Assembly (NCBI GenBank): GCA_963750165.1
Contig: CAVVPN010000004.1
Coordinates: forward strand, 416,001 to 480,000
Origin: an uncultured Gemmataceae bacterium
GTDB taxonomy: Bacteria > Planctomycetota > Planctomycetia > Gemmatales > Gemmataceae
DNA: 64,000 nucleotides
Direction: 5' to 3'
The translations under genes and the position numbers were made by a program. The notes below the pieces were generated by a model, which had not been told where the DNA came from, ran no database searches, and saw nothing but the letters and a program-made list of their open reading frames with translations. The first letter of the stretch is position 1; every line of letters begins with the position of its first letter. This document shows, one piece after another, positions 1-8,640 of the stretch.

Positions 1-962
1 AGAAGGTCGAGCGCATCGAGGCGGAACTGGTGAAACTGGACCACACGCAGCCGGACGCCGCGGAGTTGTTGCAGGACGCCCGGGCGCGGTTGCAGACGGC
101 CAACCAGCACTGGACGGCGCGGCTGTACAGCGACTGCTACCACGAGGCCCAGCGGGCGCTGCGGCCGGTGCGCATCCTCATGCGCGCGCAGTGGGACAAG
201 GCCGTCAAAAAGCTGAGTTCGCCGGTGGCCAGCCCCTACGCGGTCACCTACTACACGCTCCCGCGGCACCTCGAGTTCATGCGGCAAATCGACAAGGCGA
301 CGCCGACGGCGAACCTGCTGCCGGGCGGCGGCTTCGAGGTGGTGGACCCTGGCCGGGAGCAGGTGGCGTGGGCACCGCAATGGGTGACACTGGACGAGGT
401 GACGTACAACGTGCAGCACGTCGGGCAGATATGGTGGCGACCGCCGGAGAAGGACAAGGACGGTAAGCCGAAGCCGAAGCCGCCGCCGAGCAGCAAGGCG
501 GTGCCGCTGCCAGCCCGCAAGGTCGAGCCGCCGAAGGAGGGCAAGCAGTGTCTCATGCTGGAGATCAAGCCAACGTTACCGATCGCGCCGCCCGAGGCGC
601 TGGAGCGCACCTTCCTGGCGGTCAACAGCCCGGCGGTGCAGCTGCCGCCGGGGTCGCTGGTGCGGATCAGCGGTTCGGTGCTGATCCCGGACCCGATCAA
701 GGCATCACCGGACGGGGCGCTGTTCTACGACAGCGCCGGCGGCGAACCGCTGGCGATTCGGCTGACGGCGACCGAGGGCTGGCGCGATGTCACGCTGTAC
801 CGGCGCGTGCCGGCGTCGGGGCAGTTGCACGTGACGGTGGCGCTGACCGGGCTGGGGACGGTGTTCTTCGATGACATCCGCGTCGAGCCGCTGGTCGCGG
901 CCCCGCTGGTGACGCCGCCCACGATGCCGATGCAGAGTGTGCCGGTGGCCGTGGCGAACTAG
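1..962 (+). CDS. 3' part of a hypothetical protein (planctomycete-type, possible carbohydrate-binding-like C-terminal domain)
   Basis: ORF 30..962 has coding-like codon usage and its frame is open back to the window edge. 'NLLPGGGFE...GTVFFDDIRVEP' resembles the ends of CBM-like jelly-roll domains. Confidence 0.6.
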   Translation, partial: KVERIEAELVKLDHTQPDAAELLQDARARLQTANQHWTARLYSDCYHEAQRALRPVRILMRAQWDKAVKKLSSPVASPYAVTYYTLPRHLEFMRQIDKATPTANLLPGGGFEVVDPGREQVAWAPQWVTLDEVTYNVQHVGQIWWRPPEKDKDGKPKPKPPPSSKAVPLPARKVEPPKEGKQCLMLEIKPTLPIAPPEALERTFLAVNSPAVQLPPGSLVRISGSVLIPDPIKASPDGALFYDSAGGEPLAIRLTATEGWRDVTLYRRVPASGQLHVTVALTGLGTVFFDDIRVEPLVAAPLVTPPTMPMQSVPVAVAN

Positions 963-988
963 AGCTGAAGCGCGCTAACCCGGAGGAT

Positions 989-1672
989 TCACCGCCTTTG
1001 TGGCCAGGCCTCATCCTCTTCGTCGTCGTCCCGTGCGCGCCGGCGGCGCGGCCGATCCTCATCCTCCTCGTACTCGCCCCGGTCGGGTTCCGCCTCATAA
1101 CCTGGGCGGACGAATGCCCGCATCGCGGGAGGCAGGAGCAGGAGGATCAGGATCAAGAGCGGATAGAGGGCGAAGGCGGTCGCGGAGAGCGCCCAGAAGA
1201 GGTGGAAAAAGGTGTTCGTGTTGACCAGCGTGCCGGCGGCGTCGTTGAAGTGGGGGATGCCCTTCGCCACGCGGTTGGCGGCCGGCATCGCCACGAACCA
1301 CAAATACCCGGCCGTCGCGAGCTGGTAGACGAACCGCAGCGCCGCCCACGCCAGGCTGAGCCACCAGCCCCAGGCCTGCATCATCAGCAGGCCGATGCCG
1401 CCGCCGACCATCATCAGGTGGAGTAACAGATCGACCACGGTACCGCCGATGAGGAAGGACTTGTAGGTCGGCGCCTCGCGCTCCATCTCTGCCCGGACAT
1501 CGTAGGTCCGGGTAGTCGTGTTATTCCCGTTTCTGATGGTGACCGTGGCGGTCGAGGAACCGGCCACGGTCGAGATCACGCTGAGCGCCCCGCAAGCCAG
1601 GAGCAGAGCGCCGAAGACCAGTTGCAGGATCGCGAGCACGGTGACGAGTGCTGGCCGGGCTGGTTTGCGCAT
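989..1672 (-). CDS. Hypothetical membrane protein (~4 TM segments, acidic/Arg-rich tail)
   Basis: 227-aa ORF with hydrophobic segments and a GGAGG RBS upstream of the ATG. Confidence 0.7.
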   Translation of the reverse strand: MRKPARPALVTVLAILQLVFGALLLACGALSVISTVAGSSTATVTIRNGNNTTTRTYDVRAEMEREAPTYKSFLIGGTVVDLLLHLMMVGGGIGLLMMQAWGWWLSLAWAALRFVYQLATAGYLWFVAMPAANRVAKGIPHFNDAAGTLVNTNTFFHLFWALSATAFALYPLLILILLLLPPAMRAFVRPGYEAEPDRGEYEEDEDRPRRRRARDDDEEDEAWPQRR

Positions 1673-1779
1673 GGGAACCTCCAGGTGGAGTCAGGGTACG
1701 ACTCCCCGCAGATAACGGCGAGCGCCCCGCCGACCGCTTTTCGCCGGCATCCCTGGATCTTTTCACCGGGCTCCGCTAG

Positions 1780-1812
1780 ACTTACATAGGTTTATCAACA
1801 TAGTCAGGTTTG
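1780..1812. promoter_or_regulatory. Possible Rrf2/IscR-like operator upstream of the sulfite reductase gene
   Basis: AT-rich patch. The minus strand reads AAACCTGACTA, similar to an IscR type-1 half-site (ATASYYGACTR). The second half-site is poor. Confidence 0.2.
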
Positions 1813-1823
1813 CGAGAGCCTCC

Positions 1824-3599
1824 ATGTCGATCCCCCCCGCCAACGAGCCCACCCCGGTCAGCGACCCCCCTGCGCCAAAGCGCTCCGCGGTGGAGATTCA
1901 GAAGGAACAGAGCCGGCAGTTGCGCGGCACCATCGCGGAGGAGTTGGCGGCCGACACCGGCCACCTGAACGACGCCAACAAGAACCTCATCAAGTTCCAC
2001 GGCAGCTATCAGCAGGAGGACCGCGACGCCCGCAAGCACCGCAAGCAGCCGGGCGTCGGCAAGCATTACATGTTCATGGTGCGCTGCAAGATTCCCGGCG
2101 GCATCCTGACGGCGGACCAGTATCTGGCGGTGGACGAGCTGGCCGGCAAGCACGCGAATGGCACGCTGCGCTTCACGACGCGACAGGGCATTCAATTGCA
2201 CGGCGTATTGTTCGGCGACCTGAAGGCAAGTATCGCCGGCATCAACGCCTGTCTGCTGACGACGCTGGGGGCGTGCGGCGACGTGAACCGCAACGTGATG
2301 ACCTCGCCGGCACCGCGCCGTGACCCGGTGCAGGCGGAGCTGGAGCGCACCGCCCGGCAGCTCGCCGCTCACTTCGCGCCGCGCAGCGGCGCCTACCACG
2401 AACTCTGGCTCAACGGCGAGAAGCAGTCCAACGGCGCCGTGCCGGAAGAAGAGGAGCCCATTTACGGCAACGTGTATCTGCCGCGCAAGTTCAAGATCGG
2501 TCTGGCGACGCCGGCGGACAACTGCATTGACGTTTACGCCCAGGATTTAGGGCTGCTGGCGGTCGTCGAGCACGGCGCGATCGTGGGCTACAACCTGCTG
2601 GTCGGCGGCGGCATGGGCATGACGCACGGCAACGCCAACACGTTCCCGCACCTGGCCCGGCCGGTCGCTTACGTGCCGGCGGCGGACGTGCTGACGGCGG
2701 CCGAGGCGGTGGTGAAACTGTTCCGCGACCACGGCAACCGGGCCGACCGCAAACGGGCGCGCATCAAGTACCTGGTCCACGACTGGGGCGTGGAGAAGTT
2801 CCGTGAGGTGCTGGCGGACTACCTGGGCGGGATGCCGGCGCCGCCGCGGCCGGTGGAGGTGACCGGCTTCGAGACGCACCTGGGCTGGCACGCGCAGGGC
2901 GACGGCAAATGGTGGTTCGGCCTGAGCGTCGAGAACGGCCGTGTCAAGGACGCAGACAGGCTGCGGTTGCGGACGGGCCTGAGGGCCATCGTGGAGCGCT
3001 TCCGCCCCGGGCTGCGCATCACGCCGCTGCAGGACGTGCTGCTGTGCGATCTGGACATTGCCGACCGGCCGGAGCTGGAGCGGCTGCTGGTGGAGCACGG
3101 CATTTCGTTGCCGGATGTGTTGATGCCGGTGCGGCGGCTCAGCATGGCGTGCCCGGCGATCCCGACGTGCGGCCTGGCGATCTCCGAGGCGGAGCGGGCG
3201 CTGCCGGGTGTCATTGACCAGCTGGAGATGGAATTGTGGCGGCTGGGCCTGGACGGCGAGGAACTGAGCGTGCGCATGACGGGCTGCCCCAACGGTTGCG
3301 CCCGGCCGTACCAGAGCGACATCGGCCTGGTGGGCCGTAGCGGCGACAAGTACACGCTGTTCGTCGGCGGCCACGTGCTGGGGACGCGCTTGAACTTTGT
3401 GCTGCGCGACCTGGTGCGGCTGGCGGACGTGGTGCCGACGCTGGTGCCGGTGCTGGAATATTTCAAGCAGGAGCGGAGGTCGGGCGAGGGCTTCGGCGAC
3501 TTCTGCACGCGGCTGGGGGCGGAGCGGTTGCAGGCGCTGCTGCCGGGCGACGCGGCGACGAACGGACACACCGGCCCGCGAGCTATTGCACAACACTAG
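1824..3599 (+). CDS. cysI: Assimilatory sulfite reductase hemoprotein (CysI/Sir family)
   Basis: KFHGSYQQEDRD, TTRQGIQLHG, GACGDVNRN, YLPRKFK, and siroheme/[4Fe-4S] Cys motifs MACPAIPTCGLA and MTGCPNGCARP. Confidence 0.9.
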   Translation: MSIPPANEPTPVSDPPAPKRSAVEIQKEQSRQLRGTIAEELAADTGHLNDANKNLIKFHGSYQQEDRDARKHRKQPGVGKHYMFMVRCKIPGGILTADQYLAVDELAGKHANGTLRFTTRQGIQLHGVLFGDLKASIAGINACLLTTLGACGDVNRNVMTSPAPRRDPVQAELERTARQLAAHFAPRSGAYHELWLNGEKQSNGAVPEEEEPIYGNVYLPRKFKIGLATPADNCIDVYAQDLGLLAVVEHGAIVGYNLLVGGGMGMTHGNANTFPHLARPVAYVPAADVLTAAEAVVKLFRDHGNRADRKRARIKYLVHDWGVEKFREVLADYLGGMPAPPRPVEVTGFETHLGWHAQGDGKWWFGLSVENGRVKDADRLRLRTGLRAIVERFRPGLRITPLQDVLLCDLDIADRPELERLLVEHGISLPDVLMPVRRLSMACPAIPTCGLAISEAERALPGVIDQLEMELWRLGLDGEELSVRMTGCPNGCARPYQSDIGLVGRSGDKYTLFVGGHVLGTRLNFVLRDLVRLADVVPTLVPVLEYFKQERRSGEGFGDFCTRLGAERLQALLPGDAATNGHTGPRAIAQH

Positions 3600-3728
3600 C
3601 TGACCGTTTCGTAAGTCCTTTGCAAGTCAACGTGGGGCAGACCTTCCTGTCTGCCTTGAGGTTACGGCAGACAGGAAGGTCTGCCCCACGGAAAGAAGTG
3701 GCGGCGAATTTGCGAAACGGTCAGCTAG
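3596..3728. mobile_element. MITE-like element with 16-bp terminal inverted repeats enclosing a REP doublet
   Basis: CTAGCTGACCGTTTCG...CGAAACGGTCAGCTAG. The inner 25-bp perfect inverted repeat lies at 3631-3655/3666-3690 (GTGG + GGCAGAC-n6-GTCTGCC). Confidence 0.7.
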
Positions 3729-4007
3729 CGCGGTTCGCAGTGGCGTGGACCACGAACGGCAGGCCGGCGCTGCCAGGCGCCGATTCTCGACGTATGAAAA
3801 AGTTGGCGTCCTTGGCGTCCTTGGCGTCCTTGATTTGACAACCGCCGCCGATGGCTGTCGCGCCGTGCCACCCCTACGGAGCCAGGGCGCCAAATCTCGA
3901 CGTATGAAAAAGTTGGCTCCCTTGGCCTCCTTGGCCCCCTTGCTGTGGCAATGCAGGCCCCTGCTGGTCAAGCTGTGCCCGCCGTCCCACCCCGTGCGCG
4001 ATCCGCG
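3726..4007 (+). mobile_element. ~280-bp dispersed repeat (MITE-like), copy 1, right end truncated
   Basis: Colinear with the reverse complement of 30089-30384. It has two internal direct repeats TCTCGACGTATGAAAAAGTTGGC, each followed by 9-bp TCCTTGGCN-like units. Confidence 0.75.
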
Positions 4008-4199
4008 TGGTCCCAGCCGGGTCCAAGAATCTCCTTTCCGGCTGGGGTGACGGCTCCCCAATAGACTCTTGGTGAGATGTCTGGCGACAAAATGCGCACA
4101 CACTGCCGTCACCAGGCGCGACTAACATGCCACTGCGGTGATCGGATCGGAAAACAATGTGAACGCTATCGTCGTGTTGGATTTCGCGAAAGCGCTGCC

Positions 4200-4655
4200 T
4201 CACTGCAGCGGGTTGGTCGGCGGCAGTTCGTCCTCCTCGCCGGCGCGCAGCTGGGCGACGCGGCCGATCAGAGCGACGCCGCCGGTGATCGCCGCCAGGC
4301 TGACGACGCCGGCCACCGACCACGCCGCCAGCGACACCGCGAAAATCTGATCGCTGCGGTAGGCCACCAGGAAACACGTCACGGTGCCGGCCGAGATGAC
4401 CACCACCATCGGCACCAGCAGGGCGGTGCGCCCCGCCAGCCGCGACGCCTCGTCGGGCTGCGGCAGCAGCTGGCCCTGCTCCAGCGCCTTGAGGTGCTCG
4501 GCGTGCTCCAGTTCGAGCGCACGCAGGTGCGAACGCAGCAACTGCGGCACCAGAATGACCAGCGCCACCACCACCAGAGCGAACAGGATCAGGATCAACA
4601 GTTCGCCGCTGTGCGTATTCCAGAGGTTGTCCCCGGCGATCGTTTCGGCAAGCAT
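4200..4655 (-). CDS. Small membrane protein (3 TM)
   Basis: Hydrophobic ORF; probable start MLAETIAG at 4655. Confidence 0.6.
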   Translation of the reverse strand: MLAETIAGDNLWNTHSGELLILILFALVVVALVILVPQLLRSHLRALELEHAEHLKALEQGQLLPQPDEASRLAGRTALLVPMVVVISAGTVTCFLVAYRSDQIFAVSLAAWSVAGVVSLAAITGGVALIGRVAQLRAGEEDELPPTNPLQ

Positions 4656-4986
4656 GCGCGGGTTCTCGGGCGCGTTTTCGGGTTGGATAATCCTGGTGTA
4701 CTCTACGCCGCCTGCGCTGCGGTTGACAGCCCATTTTGAAACGGCTAAGAATGGGCTCGCCCTGGATTTTCGGGCTCGGACCCGAACCAAGAACCGCCCT
4801 GGCCGCAGTCGGTTGTGCGGGCCGGGTCAACGTGCCCTGTCCGCCCAGCTTGCCGGCGCCGCCGTGACGCCGACCCCGATGGCCTTTTCACTACAGCCCA
4901 GTCCTTTGCGCCTCCGATGATACTTACACCATTTGACGCAACCCCCGGGCGCACGCGCGCCTTGATCTTGCCGGAGGCGGTCGGGC

Positions 4987-7340
4987 ATGTTCAACCACCT
5001 CGGTCGATGGACGGCGGCGCACCCCTGGGCGGTGGTCGCGGCCTGGCTCCTCGTGGGCCTGGCCCTGACGCTCTTCGCCCCCACCTGGGATAGCCGCACC
5101 CAGGACGACGACATCCGCTTCCTACCCGAGCGCTGCCCCAGCGTCCGCGGTTACCAACTCCTCCAGCAGGCCTTCCCCAACGACGTGTTCGCCAGCAACC
5201 TGATCTTCGCCGTCGAGCGCCCCGACGGCCCCCTGACGCCGGCCGACCTGGAACTGGTCAAGGCCATGGTCGAGGACCTGGAGGCGCTGCGCCAGCAGGC
5301 GCCCGAGCTGAAACTGGGCAAGACCGTCTGCTGCCGCGACCCCGTGGTTGGCGGTCGTCTCACCAGCGCCGACAAGCAGTGTACCCTGATCCAGGTGCCG
5401 CTCGGCAGCCCGTTCCTGGCGCTGCAGACGCAGGCGGCCGTGGACCGTGCCCACAAGTTGCTCAGGGAGCGCCTGGCCCGGCGCAGGGCAATCCGCCGCA
5501 GCTGTACGCCACCGGCTCGGCCGGCATCGGTCGCGACCTGACCACCGCGGCCGGCCACAGCCTCGACGGCACCACCCTGGCCACGGTGCTGCTGGTGGTC
5601 GTGGTGCTGCTGCTGGTCTACCGGGCGCCGCTGCTGGCCCTGGTGCCGCTGGTGACCATCGGTGTCTCGGTCTGGGTGTCGCTCAACGTCCTGGCCCTGG
5701 CCACGCTGCTGCCAGGCGTCCACCTCGTCAACATCAGCAAGGTCTTCGCCATCGTCATCCTGTACGGCGCCGGCACTGACTACTGCCTGTTCCTCATCAG
5801 CCGCTACCGCGAGGAACTGTCCCAGGGCCAGGAGAGCGGCCAGGCGCTGGGGACCAGTGTTGGCAAGGTGGGCGGGGCGCTGGCGGCCAGCGCCGGCACC
5901 GTCATGGTCGGCCTGGGTCTGATGGGCCTGGCGGAGTTCGCCAAGGTGCGCTACGCTGGCCCGGCCATCGCTCTGAGCCTGGCGGTGGCGCTGCTGGCGG
6001 CGCTGACGCTGACGCCGGCACTGCTGCGGTTGCTGGGCAAGGTTGTGTTCTGGCCGCGCGGCGTGCCGATCCACAAACCGACGCTGATGGTCCGCCACCT
6101 GTCCGCCGAGGAGCGCAGCTTCTGGACCCGCGTTAGCCGATTGGTCGTCGCCCGGCCGGTGCCGGTGCTGGCGCTGTCCTTCCTCGTGCTGGCGCCGCTG
6201 GCGCTGCTGGGCACGCGCGTCACGCCCAACTACCGCGCCACCGGCGAACTGTCGCCGGACTCCGACAGCCTGCTCGGCATGGCCGCCATCCAGCGCCACT
6301 TCACCGCCGGCGAGACCGGGCCGCTCACGGTGCTGCTCGTGTCGAAAACGGACTGGGACGGCGACGTGGGCCGCCATGAGATCGACCATCTCAGCCGCGG
6401 TTTCGGCAGCCTGGAGGGCGTTGCGGAGGTGCGCAGTCTGACGCAGCCGCTGGGCACGCCACTGCCGGGCCTCGGCGTGGCCCGGTCGCCGCTGAAGTCG
6501 GGCGGCCTGTTCGGCATGCTCGTGCAGGCACGGCAGAAGGCGCGCGAGCACTATGTCGCCGAGTTGCCTGAAGGCACCGCCCCCGACGGCAGCACGACAC
6601 CGCGCCGCTTCGTCACGCGCCTGGACGTGGTGCTCAGGAGCGATCCGTTCGACTCGGCCAGCGCCGCGACGCTGCGGCAAATCCGGACGTGGCTGCGGGT
6701 CGAGATGCCGCTCAGCACGCTGCTGCCGGGCGACGTGGAGGCGGAGGTGTACGGCGTCACGGTCAACGCCCAGGACCTGGCGGAGGTGACCGAGGCCGAC
6801 CGCCTGCGCGTCAACGTGCTGGTGATGGCGGGTATCCTGTTGATCCTGCTGGCGCTGGTGCGGCGGCCGGTGCTGGCGCTGTACCTGCTGGCGACGGTGT
6901 TGTTCAGCTATTTCGCGACGCTGGGCGCGACCATGCTGGTCAACCACTGGCTGCTGGGCCGGCCGCTGTTGCAGGTCGATTGGCGGGTGCCGTTCTTCCT
7001 GTTCACGATCCTGGTGGCGGTGGGCGAGGACTACAACATCCTGCTCATCACGCGGGCGCTGCAGGAGCGTAAGCGACACGGGGCCGTGGAGGGCATGCGA
7101 CGGGCGCTGGCGCGGACGGGCGGCACGATCACGTCCTGCGGCCTCATCATGGCGGGTACGTTCGCCACGCTGATGCTGGCGGACCTGAGCACGCTCAAGC
7201 AGATTGGCTTCGCGCTGGCGTTCGGCGTGCTGCTGGATACGTTTCTGGTGCGGCCGTTCATGGTGCCGGCGTTCGGATTGCTGTTCTGGCGCGACGGTGC
7301 CGCGCTGGCCGAAGCGCCGGTGGTGCGGCAGGCGGCGTGA
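4987..7340 (+). CDS. MMPL/RND-family transporter, split by one frameshift near 5480
   Basis: ORFs 4987..5541 and 5379..7340 join into one MMPL protein with motifs GAGTDYCLFLISRYREE and AVGEDYNILLITR. Confidence 0.85.
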
Positions 7341-7447
7341 CCGGCGGCGTATTTTTGGAAAAGTGCTGTCCCTTTTTTACCGCCGTTTTCGATTAGCCTG
7401 ATGGGAGGGAGGTTTCAGGTCCAACCACACCATTGGGAGACACACGC

Positions 7448-8393
7448 ATGACTGAGATCGACAAACTCCGCGCGGCATTGGCCAAAATCGCCGCCGTGGC
7501 GAGCGCCGCGGCCAACGGCAGCGAACCCCGTGACGACGAGGACGGCGCCCCGAAGGACGCGGTGGGCGCTCGCTTCAAACGGCGGGCGGTGTGTACCCCG
7601 AAGTTCCTGCCCAAGACCCTGCTGGTGAAGGCGGCGAAGACGGCAGCGCAAATCAATCCGGTCAACCAGCCGGCGCTGCGCCAGCTGGGCATGGTAGCTC
7701 CCGATCTCAAGCTGACGCCGCTGGCCATCGCGGTGCTGACGACGAAATACTGGGGCCCCAGCGCACGGCAGTTGACGGTCAGTTTCCTCGACAACCCCGC
7801 TGCGGACCTGCGGCGGCGCATCCTCAGCCACCTGAACGCCTGGTCCCAGACGGCCAGCATCACCTTCGTCGAGACGCGCGGCACCGGCCAGGTGCGCATT
7901 TCGCGCGGTGCGGGCGGTTACTGGTCCTACCTTGGCACCGACATCCTGCACATCCCCGCCAACCGGCAGACGATGAACCTGCAGGGCTTCACGATGGACA
8001 CGCCCGAATCGGAGTACAAGCGCGTCATCCGCCACGAGACCGGCCACACCCTCGGCTTCCCGCACGAGCACATGCGCGGAGCTGGTGCAGCGGATCGACC
8101 CGGAGAAGGCATACGATTACTTCGAGCGGACGCAGGGCTGGTCCCGCCAGGAAGTCGATCAGCAGGTGCTCACGTCGCTGGACGAGAGCACGCTCATGAG
8201 CACGCCGGCCGACCAGACCTCGATCATGTGCTATCAGCTGCCGGGAGAAATCACCACCGATGGCGAGCCGATCATCGGCGGCCTGGACATCAACGAGACC
8301 GACTACGACTTCGCCGGGCGCATCTATCCGAAACGCGGCCAGGGCATGGCGGCGCATCAGGAAGAGGAACCGGAAGAAGAGTTCGTGGAGTGA
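7448..8393 (+). CDS. Astacin-like (M12A/metzincin) zinc metalloprotease, frameshifted near 8078
   Basis: HETGHTLGFPHEH zinc motif in ORF 7433..8437; Met-turn DQTSIMCY in the next frame (8085..8393). Confidence 0.8.
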
Positions 8394-8428
8394 TGGGAAC
8401 TACCCGGCCCGCTGGAGCGGTTCGCAGT

Positions 8429-8498
8429 TGGGTGTAGCGGAAGTCGCCAGACTTCCGTCCGGTGCTGCTCGGAAGTCTGGCGACTTCCGCTACACCCA
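8429..8498. repeat. GTAG-family REP doublet (REPIN-like), 29-bp perfect stem
   Basis: Core GTAGCGGAAGTCGCCAGACTTCCG in inverted orientation; the identical core occurs at 58987-59064. Confidence 0.85.
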
Positions 8499-8544
8499 TT
8501 CGCAATCTGCAATAATGCGACAGCGTCTTGGCTTTTCGTGGTGG

Positions 8545-8605
8545 GTCGGAGCCCGAGCGCCAGCGCGGGGCAGCGCTGGCCCCGCGCTGGCGCTCGGGCT
8601 CCGAC
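8545..8605. repeat. REP-like inverted repeat, 27-bp perfect stem, between convergent genes
   Basis: GTCGGAGCCCGAGCGCCAGCGCGGGGC and its reverse complement with a 7-nt loop. Confidence 0.8.
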
Positions 8606-8640
8606 TCGCACACTTGAAACGCGCGAAACTTAAAACGGGA

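Noticed and set aside
3785..3945. Two direct repeats with a spacer that resemble a mini-CRISPR
   Set aside because: There are only two units, the spacer is long and partly conserved in the second copy, and there are no cas genes. They belong to the dispersed element.
3620..4112. Small ORFs containing VGQTFLSA / LASLAS peptides (also 30018..30491)
   Set aside because: These are translations of REP/MITE repeats, not genes.
4723..4752. TTGACA-17-TAAGAA promoter for the MMPL gene
   Set aside because: The -35 is good but the -10 lacks the conserved final T at this spacing, so it is too weak to call.
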